Source of the DNA: a bacterium
GTDB taxonomy: Bacteria; Patescibacteriota; Dojkabacteria; GCA-016699595
NCBI GenBank assembly: GCA_016699595.1
Contig: CP064982.1
Coordinates: 75,647-139,646, forward strand
DNA length: 64,000 bases
Reading direction: 5' to 3'
The position numbers were made by a program, and so were the translations under genes. A model generated the notes under the pieces. That model made no database searches. It was given only the letters and a program-made list of their open reading frames with translations, and had not been told where the DNA came from. Of the stretch, positions 27,961 to 38,622 are shown piece after piece (position 1 is the stretch's first letter; every line of letters starts with the position of its first letter).

Positions 27961-28533
27961 TTAGTCATTTGATTGTATAAGTTTTGTTCTAAGTAATGTA
28001 GGTAGATTTGTATTGTCTTGAGCAACTCTGATAAATTTTAGTACTATCAAGTACCCGTATCCGAAAAACAAGTCAGACAGTATAGTCATCTTGAAAAAGG
28101 GTAGGGCACTTACATAGCAAAGTAAAAGATTGTCAAAGCCCTTTGGGTACCAATTTAGATAAACTCCTAAATTTGAAACCAAGAAAAAAAGTATAGATGC
28201 TAGTGGCAAAAGTAAAACTTGTTTTTTTGTATCTTCTTTTGCATATCGTCCAAGTACAAAGTAAAGGAAAAATCCTAAATAAGTATACAAAAATCCAGTA
28301 TAAAAGCCCTTGTAAATAATGTCGAACACAACAATGACTAGAAAATAAGGTATGGGATTTTTGCCAAAGAAACCGAAAGCGCCAACAGGGGAGAAGTTTG
28401 GCATGAAGTTCACAAACCTTGCAAAGAAAACGATGAAAGCTCCAAAAAGATCTTTGAAACTGGGGAATTTACTTGTTGTATTTTTTGACAATTGGTACAT
28501 TTCAGTAACTATTAGAGTATCTATTATTATCAA
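27961..28533 (-). CDS. polytopic membrane protein, possible ECF-transporter S component
   Basis: 190 aa with about six hydrophobic helices rich in aromatic residues; a 2-nt gap to the upstream DUF4430-like gene, a pairing often seen with ECF S components. Confidence 0.4.
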   Translation of the reverse strand: MIIIDTLIVTEMYQLSKNTTSKFPSFKDLFGAFIVFFARFVNFMPNFSPVGAFGFFGKNPIPYFLVIVVFDIIYKGFYTGFLYTYLGFFLYFVLGRYAKEDTKKQVLLLPLASILFFLVSNLGVYLNWYPKGFDNLLLCYVSALPFFKMTILSDLFFGYGYLIVLKFIRVAQDNTNLPTLLRTKLIQSND

Positions 28534-28535
28534 TC

Positions 28536-28967
28536 TTAATCAATTTTGGTATATACCCATTCAACTTTATCATTTGCTTTCAAAATTGTATCTTCGGCTC
28601 CAGATTGTGCATCTTCACCATTTATTTTTAGCAACCAAAAATAGCCGTTATTATTTGCAATGATGCCATTGATTGAAGTTACAAACTTTCCTATGCCCGG
28701 ATAGTCTTCAAACTTTATTTCAAATACATTTTGTGTTGCTACGAAAGCATTTGCACCCTCTATGCCATTAGTGAAAGTGAAGGTTTTGCCTTCAGAAATA
28801 ACTTCAGAAGTCTGGCTTGTTGATAAACTCGATTTGCTTGCTCCATTTATAGTTTCTAAAGTTTTATCTCTGTTTGTCAGAAAAAATATTGCAGCTATTG
28901 CGAAAATCACAAATGCAACAATCAGGGTAATTTTTTTAAAGTTTTTTGGACATGAAATATTTTCCAT
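28536..28967 (-). CDS. DUF4430-like membrane-anchored protein
   Basis: N-terminal TM then a C-terminus GYFWLLKINGEDAQSGAEDTILKANDKVEWVYTKID matching the DUF4430 tail pattern (W.Y.VNG....G......L.DGD.I.W.Y). Confidence 0.55.
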   Translation of the reverse strand: MENISCPKNFKKITLIVAFVIFAIAAIFFLTNRDKTLETINGASKSSLSTSQTSEVISEGKTFTFTNGIEGANAFVATQNVFEIKFEDYPGIGKFVTSINGIIANNNGYFWLLKINGEDAQSGAEDTILKANDKVEWVYTKID

Positions 28968-29283
28968 AGAAATTTTTGTTAAGTGTTGAATAATTAATTG
29001 AAATTTGTTCGCTATCCTTTACGTACATTAAGTTGTATATATAAGCTCTGTATGTCCAATATATTGAATGTGTGGCATATTTTAGTATACGCATAGTTTT
29101 ATTGCAAGTGAAATTACTCTGCGTTCAGGTTTGTCGAAAAGAGAAGTAAAATTAATTATTAATTAAAAATCTGTATTCACGCACAAAGAATTAAAAAGAA
29201 ACTAAAATCAAGAGTGGTTATCTGAAATTTTCAAATGTCAAAATAGAACTAGATACTAATGCAAACTTGTAGTATAATTTTTC

Positions 29284-30078
29284 TTGAAATTTCTTTTGGA
29301 AGTTTTATTATTCAAATTTCTAAATATGACCATGCAAACTAGAGATAATTTAAGTCAACCAGTATCAAACAAAGTGAGGATAGGTAAACTCTCAATTTCA
29401 AGAAATTTATTGAAGATACTGATATCAATAATTTTTTTTGTAGGACTGTATTTTTTAGTTTCTCCTTTTTTGCCAAGAATCAAATATAATTTGTTTGACA
29501 AGGGAAAGGTTTACTTAACATACGATACTCAGATCGAAAACTTGATCAAAGAGCAAGCGGACAAAAATAGTGAGAAAGTTGTTGATAATAAAAAAGGCAT
29601 ACCAGAAGGAAGAAGATTGGTTATTCCTAGTATCAATGTCGATTTGCCTATACTCGAGGGTGTAGATGAAAGTACTTTGTCATATGGTGTTTGGTGGCGA
29701 CCGGGAACTGGTGATCCAATCAAAGGCTCAAATATGGTTTTGACTGGTCATAGGCTTGGCTATGGTTTTTTGCCACAAGAAATTCAAGAACAATCATCTT
29801 TTTATAATTTAGATAAAGTGAAAATAGGTGACTATATCATAGTATATTGGGATGGTAAGGAGTATGATTATCAAATCAGCACAGAGGAGACTGTGTTGCC
29901 TACTGAAGCTAGAATCGAAAATCCAACTGATGAACCTCAACTTACACTGTATACATGTACGCCGGTTGGCATAAATAGTCACAGGCTTGTGAAGTATGCA
30001 AAGCCGATAAATATGCATGAAAACTCAACGACTGTAAGTTCAAGTAAATCAACGACAAGTAGTGCAAGTAGCATTTAA
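29284..30078 (+). CDS. sortase family transpeptidase
   Basis: N-terminal TM anchor; catalytic His motif VLTGHR and catalytic Cys motif LTLYTCTP (TLxTC); Ser/Thr-rich tail. Confidence 0.8.
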   Translation: MKFLLEVLLFKFLNMTMQTRDNLSQPVSNKVRIGKLSISRNLLKILISIIFFVGLYFLVSPFLPRIKYNLFDKGKVYLTYDTQIENLIKEQADKNSEKVVDNKKGIPEGRRLVIPSINVDLPILEGVDESTLSYGVWWRPGTGDPIKGSNMVLTGHRLGYGFLPQEIQEQSSFYNLDKVKIGDYIIVYWDGKEYDYQISTEETVLPTEARIENPTDEPQLTLYTCTPVGINSHRLVKYAKPINMHENSTTVSSSKSTTSSASSI

Positions 30079-30105
30079 TAAATTTGATTATAAATTATAG
30101 ACAAT

Positions 30106-30660
30106 ATGACAATCTCAAAGTTAAAAAAGGGTTATAAATTTGAAGACAAGTTAAATCATATACTTTTCAATCCTGAAAGTTCTGAAGTTGAGCAAGATAC
30201 TGCATTTATTCTGACTAATGATCAAAGCTTTGATTACAAAAGTCATGAAAAGTTTGTTGTTTCTGGTGCAGGTGAATATGAAATAAAAGATATTTCTGTA
30301 TATGCTTATGATAGTGGGAATAGTGGAGGTTTTGACATTGCAAAAATTATCATTGAAAATATCGGTGTGTGCTATTTAGCAGAAACTATAAATGCTATAC
30401 CTAAAACTATTTCAGAGGAACTGGGAAATGTAGATCTTCTCGTGCTTGAAATATCAAGTATGAGCTTATTTGACAATAAAGTTGAAATGATACAAGACAT
30501 GGAGCCAAAACAAGTCTTGTTGCTTGATCTGGGTAATGGATTAGCTGGATTTGAGAAAGAATATAGTTCAGAAATTGAGAAAATCAAAAAGTTGAAAGTG
30601 AAAGATAGTGATTTCACACAGAGTGATAGTCAAGAGGTCAAGGTAATAACTTTGGAATGA
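30106..30660 (+). CDS. hypothetical protein
   Basis: 184 aa acidic ORF downstream of the sortase gene; no motif recognised. Confidence 0.35.
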   Translation: MTISKLKKGYKFEDKLNHILFNPESSEVEQDTAFILTNDQSFDYKSHEKFVVSGAGEYEIKDISVYAYDSGNSGGFDIAKIIIENIGVCYLAETINAIPKTISEELGNVDLLVLEISSMSLFDNKVEMIQDMEPKQVLLLDLGNGLAGFEKEYSSEIEKIKKLKVKDSDFTQSDSQEVKVITLE

Positions 30661-30692
30661 AATTGCAATTTCTAACTATTTATCACTTTAAC

Positions 30693-31580
30693 TTAGTCTA
30701 TTAATTGTTCTACCTGTGTATATCTCCATTTCCCAAAAGTATCTTTGAATGATTGAAATTTGAAGTAGTGTTTGTATTCTTTCTCCAATTTCAAAATTTG
30801 TGATTTTGAGTTTAGCTCGAGTAGTATATGACTATTTTCATTCAAATGAGTTTTCCCAAACTGAAGTATCTCTCTTGCTAGATCTAACCCTTCTTGTCCT
30901 GCAAAAAGTGCCATTGTAGGTTCGTTTAGCTTCACTTTTCTAGAGACATGCTTAGAGCGAGTAGGTATGTACGGAGGATTTGAGATGATTAGATCGAACT
31001 TTGTGTCTGTTGAAAACTCTTCTATGCTTGTTTCAACAATGTCAACATTCTTGATATTGTTAGATCGCAAATTACTCCGTGCAACTCTAGCTGCCTGTCT
31101 TGACTTTTCGATAGCTATCAAATGTACAACTTTGTATGCCTCAAATGTTTTACCGATTTCCAAAGAGATGTATCCACTGCCAATCCCAACCTCGAGTATG
31201 GTGAGTGGTTTACAATTATTACTTTGCATCTTTCCAAATATTAGACTTTTGCCAAGTTCAATCAATCCCTCGGTTTCAACTCTAGGAATCAAAACATCTG
31301 GAGTGATTTGCAACTCTAGATTTCCGATTTTTATACTTCCTACTATTTGTGCAACAGGAACTTGCATATCAAGTTTTCTTTCAATGTTTCTCAAAACTAA
31401 GTTTATAGTATCGAAGTTTACACTGTCTTTTTCCGGACTTTTTAATTCAGGACGTTGTTTAGTTTCATTAATTGCAAATTGACAGATCTCGTGAAATTCA
31501 ATATTGCTTAGATTCGCAATCAAGTTATAGCCATTCCTCTTCAGATTGTCTTTTGTCAGAATTCTTGTGATGTTGTCCAT
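30693..31580 (-). CDS. prmC: release factor glutamine N5-methyltransferase PrmC/HemK
   Basis: LEVGIGSGYISLEIG (motif I) and LIISNPPYIP (NPPY amino-methyltransferase motif); about 295 aa. Confidence 0.8.
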   Translation of the reverse strand: MDNITRILTKDNLKRNGYNLIANLSNIEFHEICQFAINETKQRPELKSPEKDSVNFDTINLVLRNIERKLDMQVPVAQIVGSIKIGNLELQITPDVLIPRVETEGLIELGKSLIFGKMQSNNCKPLTILEVGIGSGYISLEIGKTFEAYKVVHLIAIEKSRQAARVARSNLRSNNIKNVDIVETSIEEFSTDTKFDLIISNPPYIPTRSKHVSRKVKLNEPTMALFAGQEGLDLAREILQFGKTHLNENSHILLELNSKSQILKLEKEYKHYFKFQSFKDTFGKWRYTQVEQLID

Positions 31581-31746
31581 TTCAAAAAACTTGGAAACTG
31601 ATTTCGAATTTTATAGTATAATCTAACAGAGAAAATTAATCTATCGACTTGATAATGTTGTTGATATCATTATACCATTATTTTGCATTTGCTTAATTTG
31701 AATATAGAAATAGAGTCTTGATAAATTAAACAATTATTTCAATTAT

Positions 31747-33063
31747 ATGACCCCAACTCTACCACACAATACAGAAGTAGAAGAATATGTTTTATCATGT
31801 GCGTTGGTTGATGAAGAAGCCATATACAGAATTACTCCGATACTTGAATCGTCAGATTTTTATGATGATAGATTGAAAGAAATTTATGAATGTTACCTGG
31901 AATTGTTCAATGACAGAAGAAGGATTGATTTGGTCAATCTTGCAGATATTTTGAAAAAACGAGATAGACTTAAATTCATTGGAGGAAAAAAGAAACTGAT
32001 AGAGTTGGCAAGTCTACTTCCTACTGCATCGCAAGTTGAAGACTACTCAAAGATAGTCAAAGAATCATCTATCAGACGAAAGCTAATATCCAAAAGTAGT
32101 GATATTGCAACATTATCTAGAGATGAAACGAAATCTTTGTCAGATGTAGTAAATACGGCTCAACAAGACATTATGTCTATAAGCGAGCAAAGCATCAAGT
32201 CTGATTTCGCAAAAGTTTCTGATCTTTTATTGCAATATTATGAAAAAATAGAAGAGCTACACAAACATAAAGGTGAGTATCCGGGGATTCGGACGCACTT
32301 TGCAACATTGGACAAAATGCTTGGCGGATTTCAAGGTTCTGATCTGATAATTCTCGGAGCAAGACCTTCTGTGGGAAAGACATCTTTAGCATTGGACTTT
32401 GTCAGGCATATGGGAATCAAAGAAAACAAGAAAGTTGCATTCTTTTCTCTTGAAATGGCTGCTGAACAACTAATCCAAAGAATGGTATCTGCAGAATCTG
32501 GAGTTGCAGTGTTCAACCTCCGTACAAACAAGATATCTGAAGTAGCTTTGCACAAAATAACTCAAGCAGAAGAAAAATTAGCTGAGACAGATATATTTAT
32601 AGATGAAACACCAGGTATCAATATATCAGAAATGAGAGTGAAGGCAAGAAAACTCAAAATGAATGAAGGTTTGGATATAATAGTTGTTGATTATTTGCAG
32701 TTGATTGCAGGAAATAGAAAAGAGAATAGGGTGCAGGAAGTTTCTGAGATAAGTAGAGAGTTGAAAAATTTAGCTAGAGAACTCCAAGTTCCAGTTGTAG
32801 CATTATCACAGCTTTCAAGGTCAGTAGTTCAAAGGGGTGCTGACTCCAAACCTCAACTTTCTGATTTGCGTGAATCAGGATCTATTGAGCAAGATGCAGA
32901 TATAGTTATGTTTCTACATAGACCAATGTTTACTAGGGGTGAGAATCAAGATGGTGCTACTGATGATGCAACTTTGATAATTGCTAAACATAGAAATGGT
33001 CCAACAGGAGAGATTGAACTTCAATTTATGAAAGAAGAAGCAAGTTATAGAGAGAAGAAGTAA
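31747..33063 (+). CDS. dnaB: replicative DNA helicase DnaB
   Basis: GFQGSDLIILGARPSVGKTSLALDF (Walker A), FSLEMAAEQL, IIVVDYLQLI, ALSQLSRSVVQRG and FLHRP, the standard DnaB motifs; 438 aa. Confidence 0.9.
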   Translation: MTPTLPHNTEVEEYVLSCALVDEEAIYRITPILESSDFYDDRLKEIYECYLELFNDRRRIDLVNLADILKKRDRLKFIGGKKKLIELASLLPTASQVEDYSKIVKESSIRRKLISKSSDIATLSRDETKSLSDVVNTAQQDIMSISEQSIKSDFAKVSDLLLQYYEKIEELHKHKGEYPGIRTHFATLDKMLGGFQGSDLIILGARPSVGKTSLALDFVRHMGIKENKKVAFFSLEMAAEQLIQRMVSAESGVAVFNLRTNKISEVALHKITQAEEKLAETDIFIDETPGINISEMRVKARKLKMNEGLDIIVVDYLQLIAGNRKENRVQEVSEISRELKNLARELQVPVVALSQLSRSVVQRGADSKPQLSDLRESGSIEQDADIVMFLHRPMFTRGENQDGATDDATLIIAKHRNGPTGEIELQFMKEEASYREKK

Positions 33064-33142
33064 ATTTATTCCCAAAGGTATGTATAATTGAAGAATTGAC
33101 AAGACAGAACATGGATGTAATTAGTATATTGAGAAGTTCTTC

Positions 33143-33151
33143 TGTTATAAT
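33143..33151 (+). promoter_or_regulatory. extended -10 box TGtTATAAT, 9 nt upstream of the prfA ATG
   Basis: TG at 33143-33144, TATAAT at 33146-33151; ATG at 33161. Confidence 0.35.
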
Positions 33152-33160
33152 GTCCGTGTT

Positions 33161-34177
33161 ATGTTAACCAAAGTACAATCAGAAAGGCTTGAAGAGTTGG
33201 AAGCAATACTTCTCTCTCCATCTCAAGAACTATATTCAAATCCATCAAGACTGAAATCATTGAATGCTGAATTTTCACATTTGAAAGAAATTAAAAGCAT
33301 AAATGAAACTTTGGATAGAATTGAAAAAGAAATTAAAGAGAGTAGGGAACTGATGTCTTCAGGTGATTATGATATTGCAACAATCGCAAAAGAAGAAATA
33401 ACTACTCTGGAAGAAGAGAAGAGTTTGAATGAAGCAAAACTAACTGAACTAGAGAAACCTCACGATCCAAAAGATTTTGGCGATTGTATAGTCGAGATCA
33501 GGGCTGGAACAGGAGGAGAAGAAGCTGCGCTTTTTGCAGGAGATTTGTATAGGATGTATACAAAGTACTCGACTACTAAAGATCTTGTCGTAGAAATTAT
33601 GGATATGAACGAAGCTAGTGCAGGAGGTATTAAGGAAATCATTTTCAAACTATCTGGTGCAAATGCTTTTGGAACATTCAAAAGTGAATCAGGGGTTCAT
33701 AGAGTCCAAAGGATACCAAAAACAGAAACAGCTGGCAGGATACATACTTCAGCTGCATCAGTAGTCGTGCTACCAATAATAGAACAGGATGAAGTAGAGG
33801 TGAATGAACAAGATTTGAAGATAGATGTTTTTAGAAGTTCTGGAGCAGGAGGCCAAAGTGTCAATACTACTGATTCTGCAGTAAGGCTCACGCACATTCC
33901 AACTGGAATCGTAATTAGTTGTCAAGATTCTAGATCTCAATTGAAAAACAAAGAGGCAGCATTATCTATCCTTCGATCAAAGTTATATGAAATTGAACTG
34001 GAAAAAAGGGAGGGTAACATTACAGATATTCGTAAAACCTCAATAAAAACTGGAGATAGGTCAGACAAAATCAAAACATACAACTTTCCTCAAAATAGAC
34101 TTACTGATCACAGGACAAAGAAATCTTGGTACAACCTTGATTCAATTTTGGAGGGACATTTGGAAGGTATTTTGTAA
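33161..34177 (+). CDS. prfA: peptide chain release factor 1
   Basis: GGQ motif (SSGAGGQSVNTTDSAVRLTHIPTG) and RF1-type tripeptide region RIPKTETAGRIHTSAASVVVLP (PxT), not the SPF motif of RF2. Confidence 0.9.
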   Translation: MLTKVQSERLEELEAILLSPSQELYSNPSRLKSLNAEFSHLKEIKSINETLDRIEKEIKESRELMSSGDYDIATIAKEEITTLEEEKSLNEAKLTELEKPHDPKDFGDCIVEIRAGTGGEEAALFAGDLYRMYTKYSTTKDLVVEIMDMNEASAGGIKEIIFKLSGANAFGTFKSESGVHRVQRIPKTETAGRIHTSAASVVVLPIIEQDEVEVNEQDLKIDVFRSSGAGGQSVNTTDSAVRLTHIPTGIVISCQDSRSQLKNKEAALSILRSKLYEIELEKREGNITDIRKTSIKTGDRSDKIKTYNFPQNRLTDHRTKKSWYNLDSILEGHLEGIL

Positions 34178-34253
34178 TGTTTTTCAAATTTTGATATAAA
34201 GTAATTATTCGAAAATTATTCTTAATTTTTTTGAAATTTTATATTCAAATAAT

Positions 34254-36332
34254 ATGAACAACAAACAAAGGTTCTTAGTTTTCTTTCTTTTTTTACTGCT
34301 TTTATTATTTTTCTGTACAGGTACACTGATTTTGATAAAGAAAGTTTTTGAAACCCGTAATTATGACTATGTCGGGATAGAAAATCAAAACAGGGATTTG
34401 ATTTTTCTGACTAACTTTCAGAAGTTTAGCAATGAATTGGAATTCAGAGATTATCTAGCAAAAGTTTACGAGACAAGGAAATACTCTTTTGATGGAGGAA
34501 TGAAAGTTACCCTAAATGATTTGACTGCCACTCCTGCCGAATCAGCACCAATCTCTATCGATCGATATTCTGAAACAAATACAAGAGTGGTTGGGATAGA
34601 TGAGCCTGACAAAGTAAAAACAAACGGCAAAAGCATATTTCTGTCTGTAGAAAATCAAGACAAAAGCACACGGAATTGGCTAGAAAGTAAAATTTATCCT
34701 GATTTCTACTTCCCTTATCAATTCAAGACGAATGTACTAAATGCTTTACCAGTTGAGGATCTAAAGCAAGTTGCAGAATTGGAAACAGGAGGTGATATGC
34801 TTCTTTATAATGATATTTTGGTTGTGCTTGATTTTACTAACTATAACGATAGTAAGGAAATTACGGAACAAAAAATTGTAGGCTATAATGTGTCAGATCC
34901 AACAAATATTCAAAAAATATGGCAAATTGACTTGGATGAGAATCAGTCATATCAGGAAGCTAGGATCGTTGAAGGTAAACTTGTTGTAACGACTAGCAAA
35001 TATACTGCCAATTATGAAAATTGTGTATTGCCTTTGTATAAAATAGCAAATGAGCAATTAAATTTGGATTGTACGAGTATTTACTTCCCAAAAAATACAT
35101 ATAATTCGAATAACTTGACTACTATAACTAAGTTTGATCTTAAGACTGCGAAAGTAGAAGGTACATTTTCTGCAATGACAAACTATTCGGCGCTAATTTA
35201 CATGAATCAAGATAATATCTACTTAAGCTACCCAGAAGAACAGAACTACCCATACATTATACTTGATTTTCTTAAAACTGATGGAGTAGGTATATTTTCA
35301 AATCAGGTGATTTTGCGAATTGAGAAGATATTGAATTATGATATTTCATCAACTTCCAAATTGAATGAAATTTATGATTTGATGAGCAAGTACTTTGATT
35401 CACTAGACTCTGATCTTTCATTGAAGATGTCGAATGATTTGAATAATAAGATGGCAGAATATGCAAAGCGAAATATGCGAAGTCTAGTTGCAACAAAAGT
35501 AGTGAAAATTGACTTGAAGAATATGTCAGTAATCGCTCAAGGTAGGTTCCCGGGTCAGCTTTTGAATCAATATGCAATAGATGAATATAAAGGAAATTTA
35601 AGAGTTGCTACAACTATTGATTTATCAACCAATTTCTTTCTGCCGCAGATGCAACCTAGTAGAAGGTTCAATGAGACTGCTGAATCATTAATTGCTCTGC
35701 CATCGAACAATGGATCATTATCAGAAAATGATGTCTATGTATTGAACGAAGATCTAAACGTAACTGGTGAACTGACAGGACTAGGATTAACAGAAAGAAT
35801 ATATTCTGCAAGATATATAGGTGATAAATTGTACTTGGTAACATTTCGTAGAACTGACCCTTTTTATATAATAGATCTTTCCGATCCGAAAAGCCCTCAA
35901 AAGATTGGAGAGTTCAAAATACCGGGATATTCTGGGTACTTGCATGAAATTGATGAAAATATCATTCTTGGTGTCGGAATGGAGGGTTCAAATCTGAAAT
36001 TATCAGTATTTGATGTAACTAATTCTGCAGAACCAAGTGAAGTGAGTAAGTATATATTGAATGAATACGGTTCAGAATCTCTGTACAACCCTCATGCTTT
36101 CGTTTTTGATCCTAAGTATAATTTGCTCTTCATACCCGGTTATCAGGGTGGATACTTGTTTACGATTGATGAGAAATATGAATTGAAACTACAAAAAGCT
36201 ATAGATGGATACAATGTAGATAGAGCGATATATATAAATGACTATATTTATATCTTATCAAACAATGGGGAAATAAGAGTTTTTTCAGAAAAGACTTTTG
36301 ATAAGGTAGGGGAATACAACAATTCAAAATAA
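34254..36332 (+). CDS. secreted beta-propeller domain protein (PF09826-like), tentative
   Basis: Signal/TM at the N-terminus; 692 aa; the C-terminal half has the GYSGYLHEIDENIILGVG...KLSVFDV...NPHAFVFD pattern typical of secreted beta-propeller proteins. Confidence 0.4.
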   Translation: MNNKQRFLVFFLFLLLLLFFCTGTLILIKKVFETRNYDYVGIENQNRDLIFLTNFQKFSNELEFRDYLAKVYETRKYSFDGGMKVTLNDLTATPAESAPISIDRYSETNTRVVGIDEPDKVKTNGKSIFLSVENQDKSTRNWLESKIYPDFYFPYQFKTNVLNALPVEDLKQVAELETGGDMLLYNDILVVLDFTNYNDSKEITEQKIVGYNVSDPTNIQKIWQIDLDENQSYQEARIVEGKLVVTTSKYTANYENCVLPLYKIANEQLNLDCTSIYFPKNTYNSNNLTTITKFDLKTAKVEGTFSAMTNYSALIYMNQDNIYLSYPEEQNYPYIILDFLKTDGVGIFSNQVILRIEKILNYDISSTSKLNEIYDLMSKYFDSLDSDLSLKMSNDLNNKMAEYAKRNMRSLVATKVVKIDLKNMSVIAQGRFPGQLLNQYAIDEYKGNLRVATTIDLSTNFFLPQMQPSRRFNETAESLIALPSNNGSLSENDVYVLNEDLNVTGELTGLGLTERIYSARYIGDKLYLVTFRRTDPFYIIDLSDPKSPQKIGEFKIPGYSGYLHEIDENIILGVGMEGSNLKLSVFDVTNSAEPSEVSKYILNEYGSESLYNPHAFVFDPKYNLLFIPGYQGGYLFTIDEKYELKLQKAIDGYNVDRAIYINDYIYILSNNGEIRVFSEKTFDKVGEYNNSK

Positions 36333-36430
36333 CAAAATAATTAGAAAAGTACTTGATTTATTTTAAAAAAGATTAGAAAATACAGATACTGTCTTTATCA
36401 ATAATTATTTAATAATATAAATTTACTATT

Positions 36431-37195
36431 ATGGACAAATATAAAGCATTATTTATAGAATTTCTTACAACATTTTTATTTACATTAGGAATATTATTAG
36501 CATTACCAAACGGTGCTTTTGTAGTTGCATTTGTAGCTTTAGGCCTTTTTGCTACTATGGTTTATGTCTTTGGAGAATACTCAGGAGCACATTTCAACCC
36601 AGCAATATCTTTTGGTGCTTTGGTGAAAGGTGAGATAACTTGGAAGAGGTTTTTGGGATATGTTGCGTCACAGGTACTCGGAGCATCTTTAGCAGCATGG
36701 TTGGTTTATGCTATATCGAAAGTTACTACATATAGTGCAGTTGTTGCTTATGCATATACGCAATATCCTTTATCTAGTGTTTCAGATGCTACGCACTGGT
36801 GGATTCCTGCATTTTTTGAATTCCTGTTTACTGCTTTGTTGGTTTTTTCAGTAATGGCACTTGCTTACAATAAGAGAAAAGAGTCAAATCAATTTACCGG
36901 CCTAACATTAGGTGTATTGATATTTGCTTCTATACTTTTGATGTCAAATATTAGTGGAGGCAGTTTGAATCCTGCAATTGCATTTGGAACAAACTTGGTC
37001 CATGCATCGAGTGATTTTTCAAAATATTTTGCTAATGATGCAAATTTGAATTTACTAAGTGTTTATTTGCTTCCTCAATTACTTGGAGGACTAGTAGCTG
37101 GAGTTATGGCAAAAGTTTTTGTTGACAACAAAAGAATGGTATTGAGAGTAGGTAAGGCATCCAATGTTCAAAAAACAGAAACAGTGAATGCTTAA
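36431..37195 (+). CDS. MIP-family channel (aquaporin/glycerol facilitator)
   Basis: Two NPA boxes: SGAHFNPAISFG and GGSLNPAIAFG; six TM segments. Confidence 0.9.
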   Translation: MDKYKALFIEFLTTFLFTLGILLALPNGAFVVAFVALGLFATMVYVFGEYSGAHFNPAISFGALVKGEITWKRFLGYVASQVLGASLAAWLVYAISKVTTYSAVVAYAYTQYPLSSVSDATHWWIPAFFEFLFTALLVFSVMALAYNKRKESNQFTGLTLGVLIFASILLMSNISGGSLNPAIAFGTNLVHASSDFSKYFANDANLNLLSVYLLPQLLGGLVAGVMAKVFVDNKRMVLRVGKASNVQKTETVNA

Positions 37196-37258
37196 TTGAT
37201 AACTATCCCAATTAATTATTAAAAAGTTAGAAATAAAAGTATAAAAATAAATTTTATT

Positions 37259-37624
37259 ATGGAATCACAAAATATAGATCATAAAAATCATAAGGATTGT
37301 TGTGTCGAGAAAACGAAGGAAACTGGGATGATTTCTTGGTTTTTCACAAGCATTATTGTATTTTTTCAATTTTTGGCAACTTTGTTTATCTTGAGTTTAG
37401 GATTTACCGCTGGGAATGGTAATTATGATAGAGAAGCATTGTTCTTTATACTCACAATATTTTCCTTTTTGACAGCAGTGGCATTCTTGTTTTTATCGTT
37501 TTTTTTCAGTATAAAATTCAATAGATTTCAAAAGATTTTGCTAGCAGTCTTACTCTTGATGATGTCATGTAGTACAATGTTTTCGACAGTTATTCATTAC
37601 TTAAATAACAATTTAATATATTAA
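37259..37624 (+). CDS. hypothetical small membrane protein
   Basis: 121 aa with about three hydrophobic helices. Confidence 0.35.
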   Translation: MESQNIDHKNHKDCCVEKTKETGMISWFFTSIIVFFQFLATLFILSLGFTAGNGNYDREALFFILTIFSFLTAVAFLFLSFFFSIKFNRFQKILLAVLLLMMSCSTMFSTVIHYLNNNLIY

Positions 37625-37655
37625 TTATTTAGATTTTTTCTTAAAAATATATACA

Positions 37656-38279
37656 ATGAATCCAAACACACCTCAACCAACAAATATGAATCCAGGAATG
37701 CAAGTTCCGATGAGTCCTGAACAATATGCAGCATGGTACAATCAGCAACTGCAAATGATGCAACAAATGCAATCATGGCAACAACCTGCTCAACAAGTAG
37801 GACCGATGATGCCTCAAGCTCCTATGCCAAACTACAATCAAATGCCAGTTGGTATGTATCCACAAAGTCCACAACCTGTTATGCAACAAATGCAGCAACC
37901 TCAAGCACAAATGAATCCTGTTGCAAATCAGCCAATGATGGTTAATGGTCAACTAAATCCAGCAGTTTTGGATAGAGATCCAAATGTATTGGCATTTATG
38001 AATCAAGCTGTAAAGGAAAAATATAAAGATCAAGAAGTAACTCAAGATTTTTTGAAAACGGAATCAGAAAGACTTTATGATGATTTTGGTTCAAATTTAG
38101 TAAGTCACTTTGAACCAATGCTTAATGAAGATCAGTTAAAGCAATTTGATCAAATGCTACAAGACGGTGCTACTCAGGACCAATTGTTACAATACTTGAT
38201 GAGTTGTATCCCTGACCTTATGAAAAAGATGGAAGAAGTATTATTAGGTTATAAGGAAAATTACTTGATGTCTTTCTAA
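37656..38279 (+). CDS. hypothetical protein with Q/P/M-rich low-complexity N-terminus
   Basis: 207 aa; followed by a clear intrinsic terminator. Confidence 0.4.
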   Translation: MNPNTPQPTNMNPGMQVPMSPEQYAAWYNQQLQMMQQMQSWQQPAQQVGPMMPQAPMPNYNQMPVGMYPQSPQPVMQQMQQPQAQMNPVANQPMMVNGQLNPAVLDRDPNVLAFMNQAVKEKYKDQEVTQDFLKTESERLYDDFGSNLVSHFEPMLNEDQLKQFDQMLQDGATQDQLLQYLMSCIPDLMKKMEEVLLGYKENYLMSF

Positions 38280-38304
38280 ACTACATTGATATGGAAATTA
38301 ATTA

Positions 38305-38346
38305 AGCAGATTTTGTTTTCTTCTGAAAACTTAGTCTGCTTTTTTG
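38305..38346 (+). terminator. rho-independent terminator
   Basis: AGCAGA..GTTTTC-TTCT-GAAAAC..TCTGCT nested hairpin followed by TTTTTT (38341-38346). Confidence 0.55.
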
Positions 38347-38622
38347 ATATGTCAAATGTATATTAGCTGAAAAACATTGATCGGATAGAGTATTACTTAA
38401 TTTAAAATAATGATAATCAAATTCATACAACACAACAAGAACTATAAAGGTGATGACAATCAAGGGAATCAGATTGAATCTCAAATAGAAGGGATGAAAA
38501 AACAAAAAACCGAGTATGGCAAGAACATAGAGGAACTGACAAAAGCCGTATAGCAATTAAAAATTGGCATATCACAGCATAAAAATGAAGTAGCGAGACT
38601 TCAAAATGGTGAGAAGGAAACG

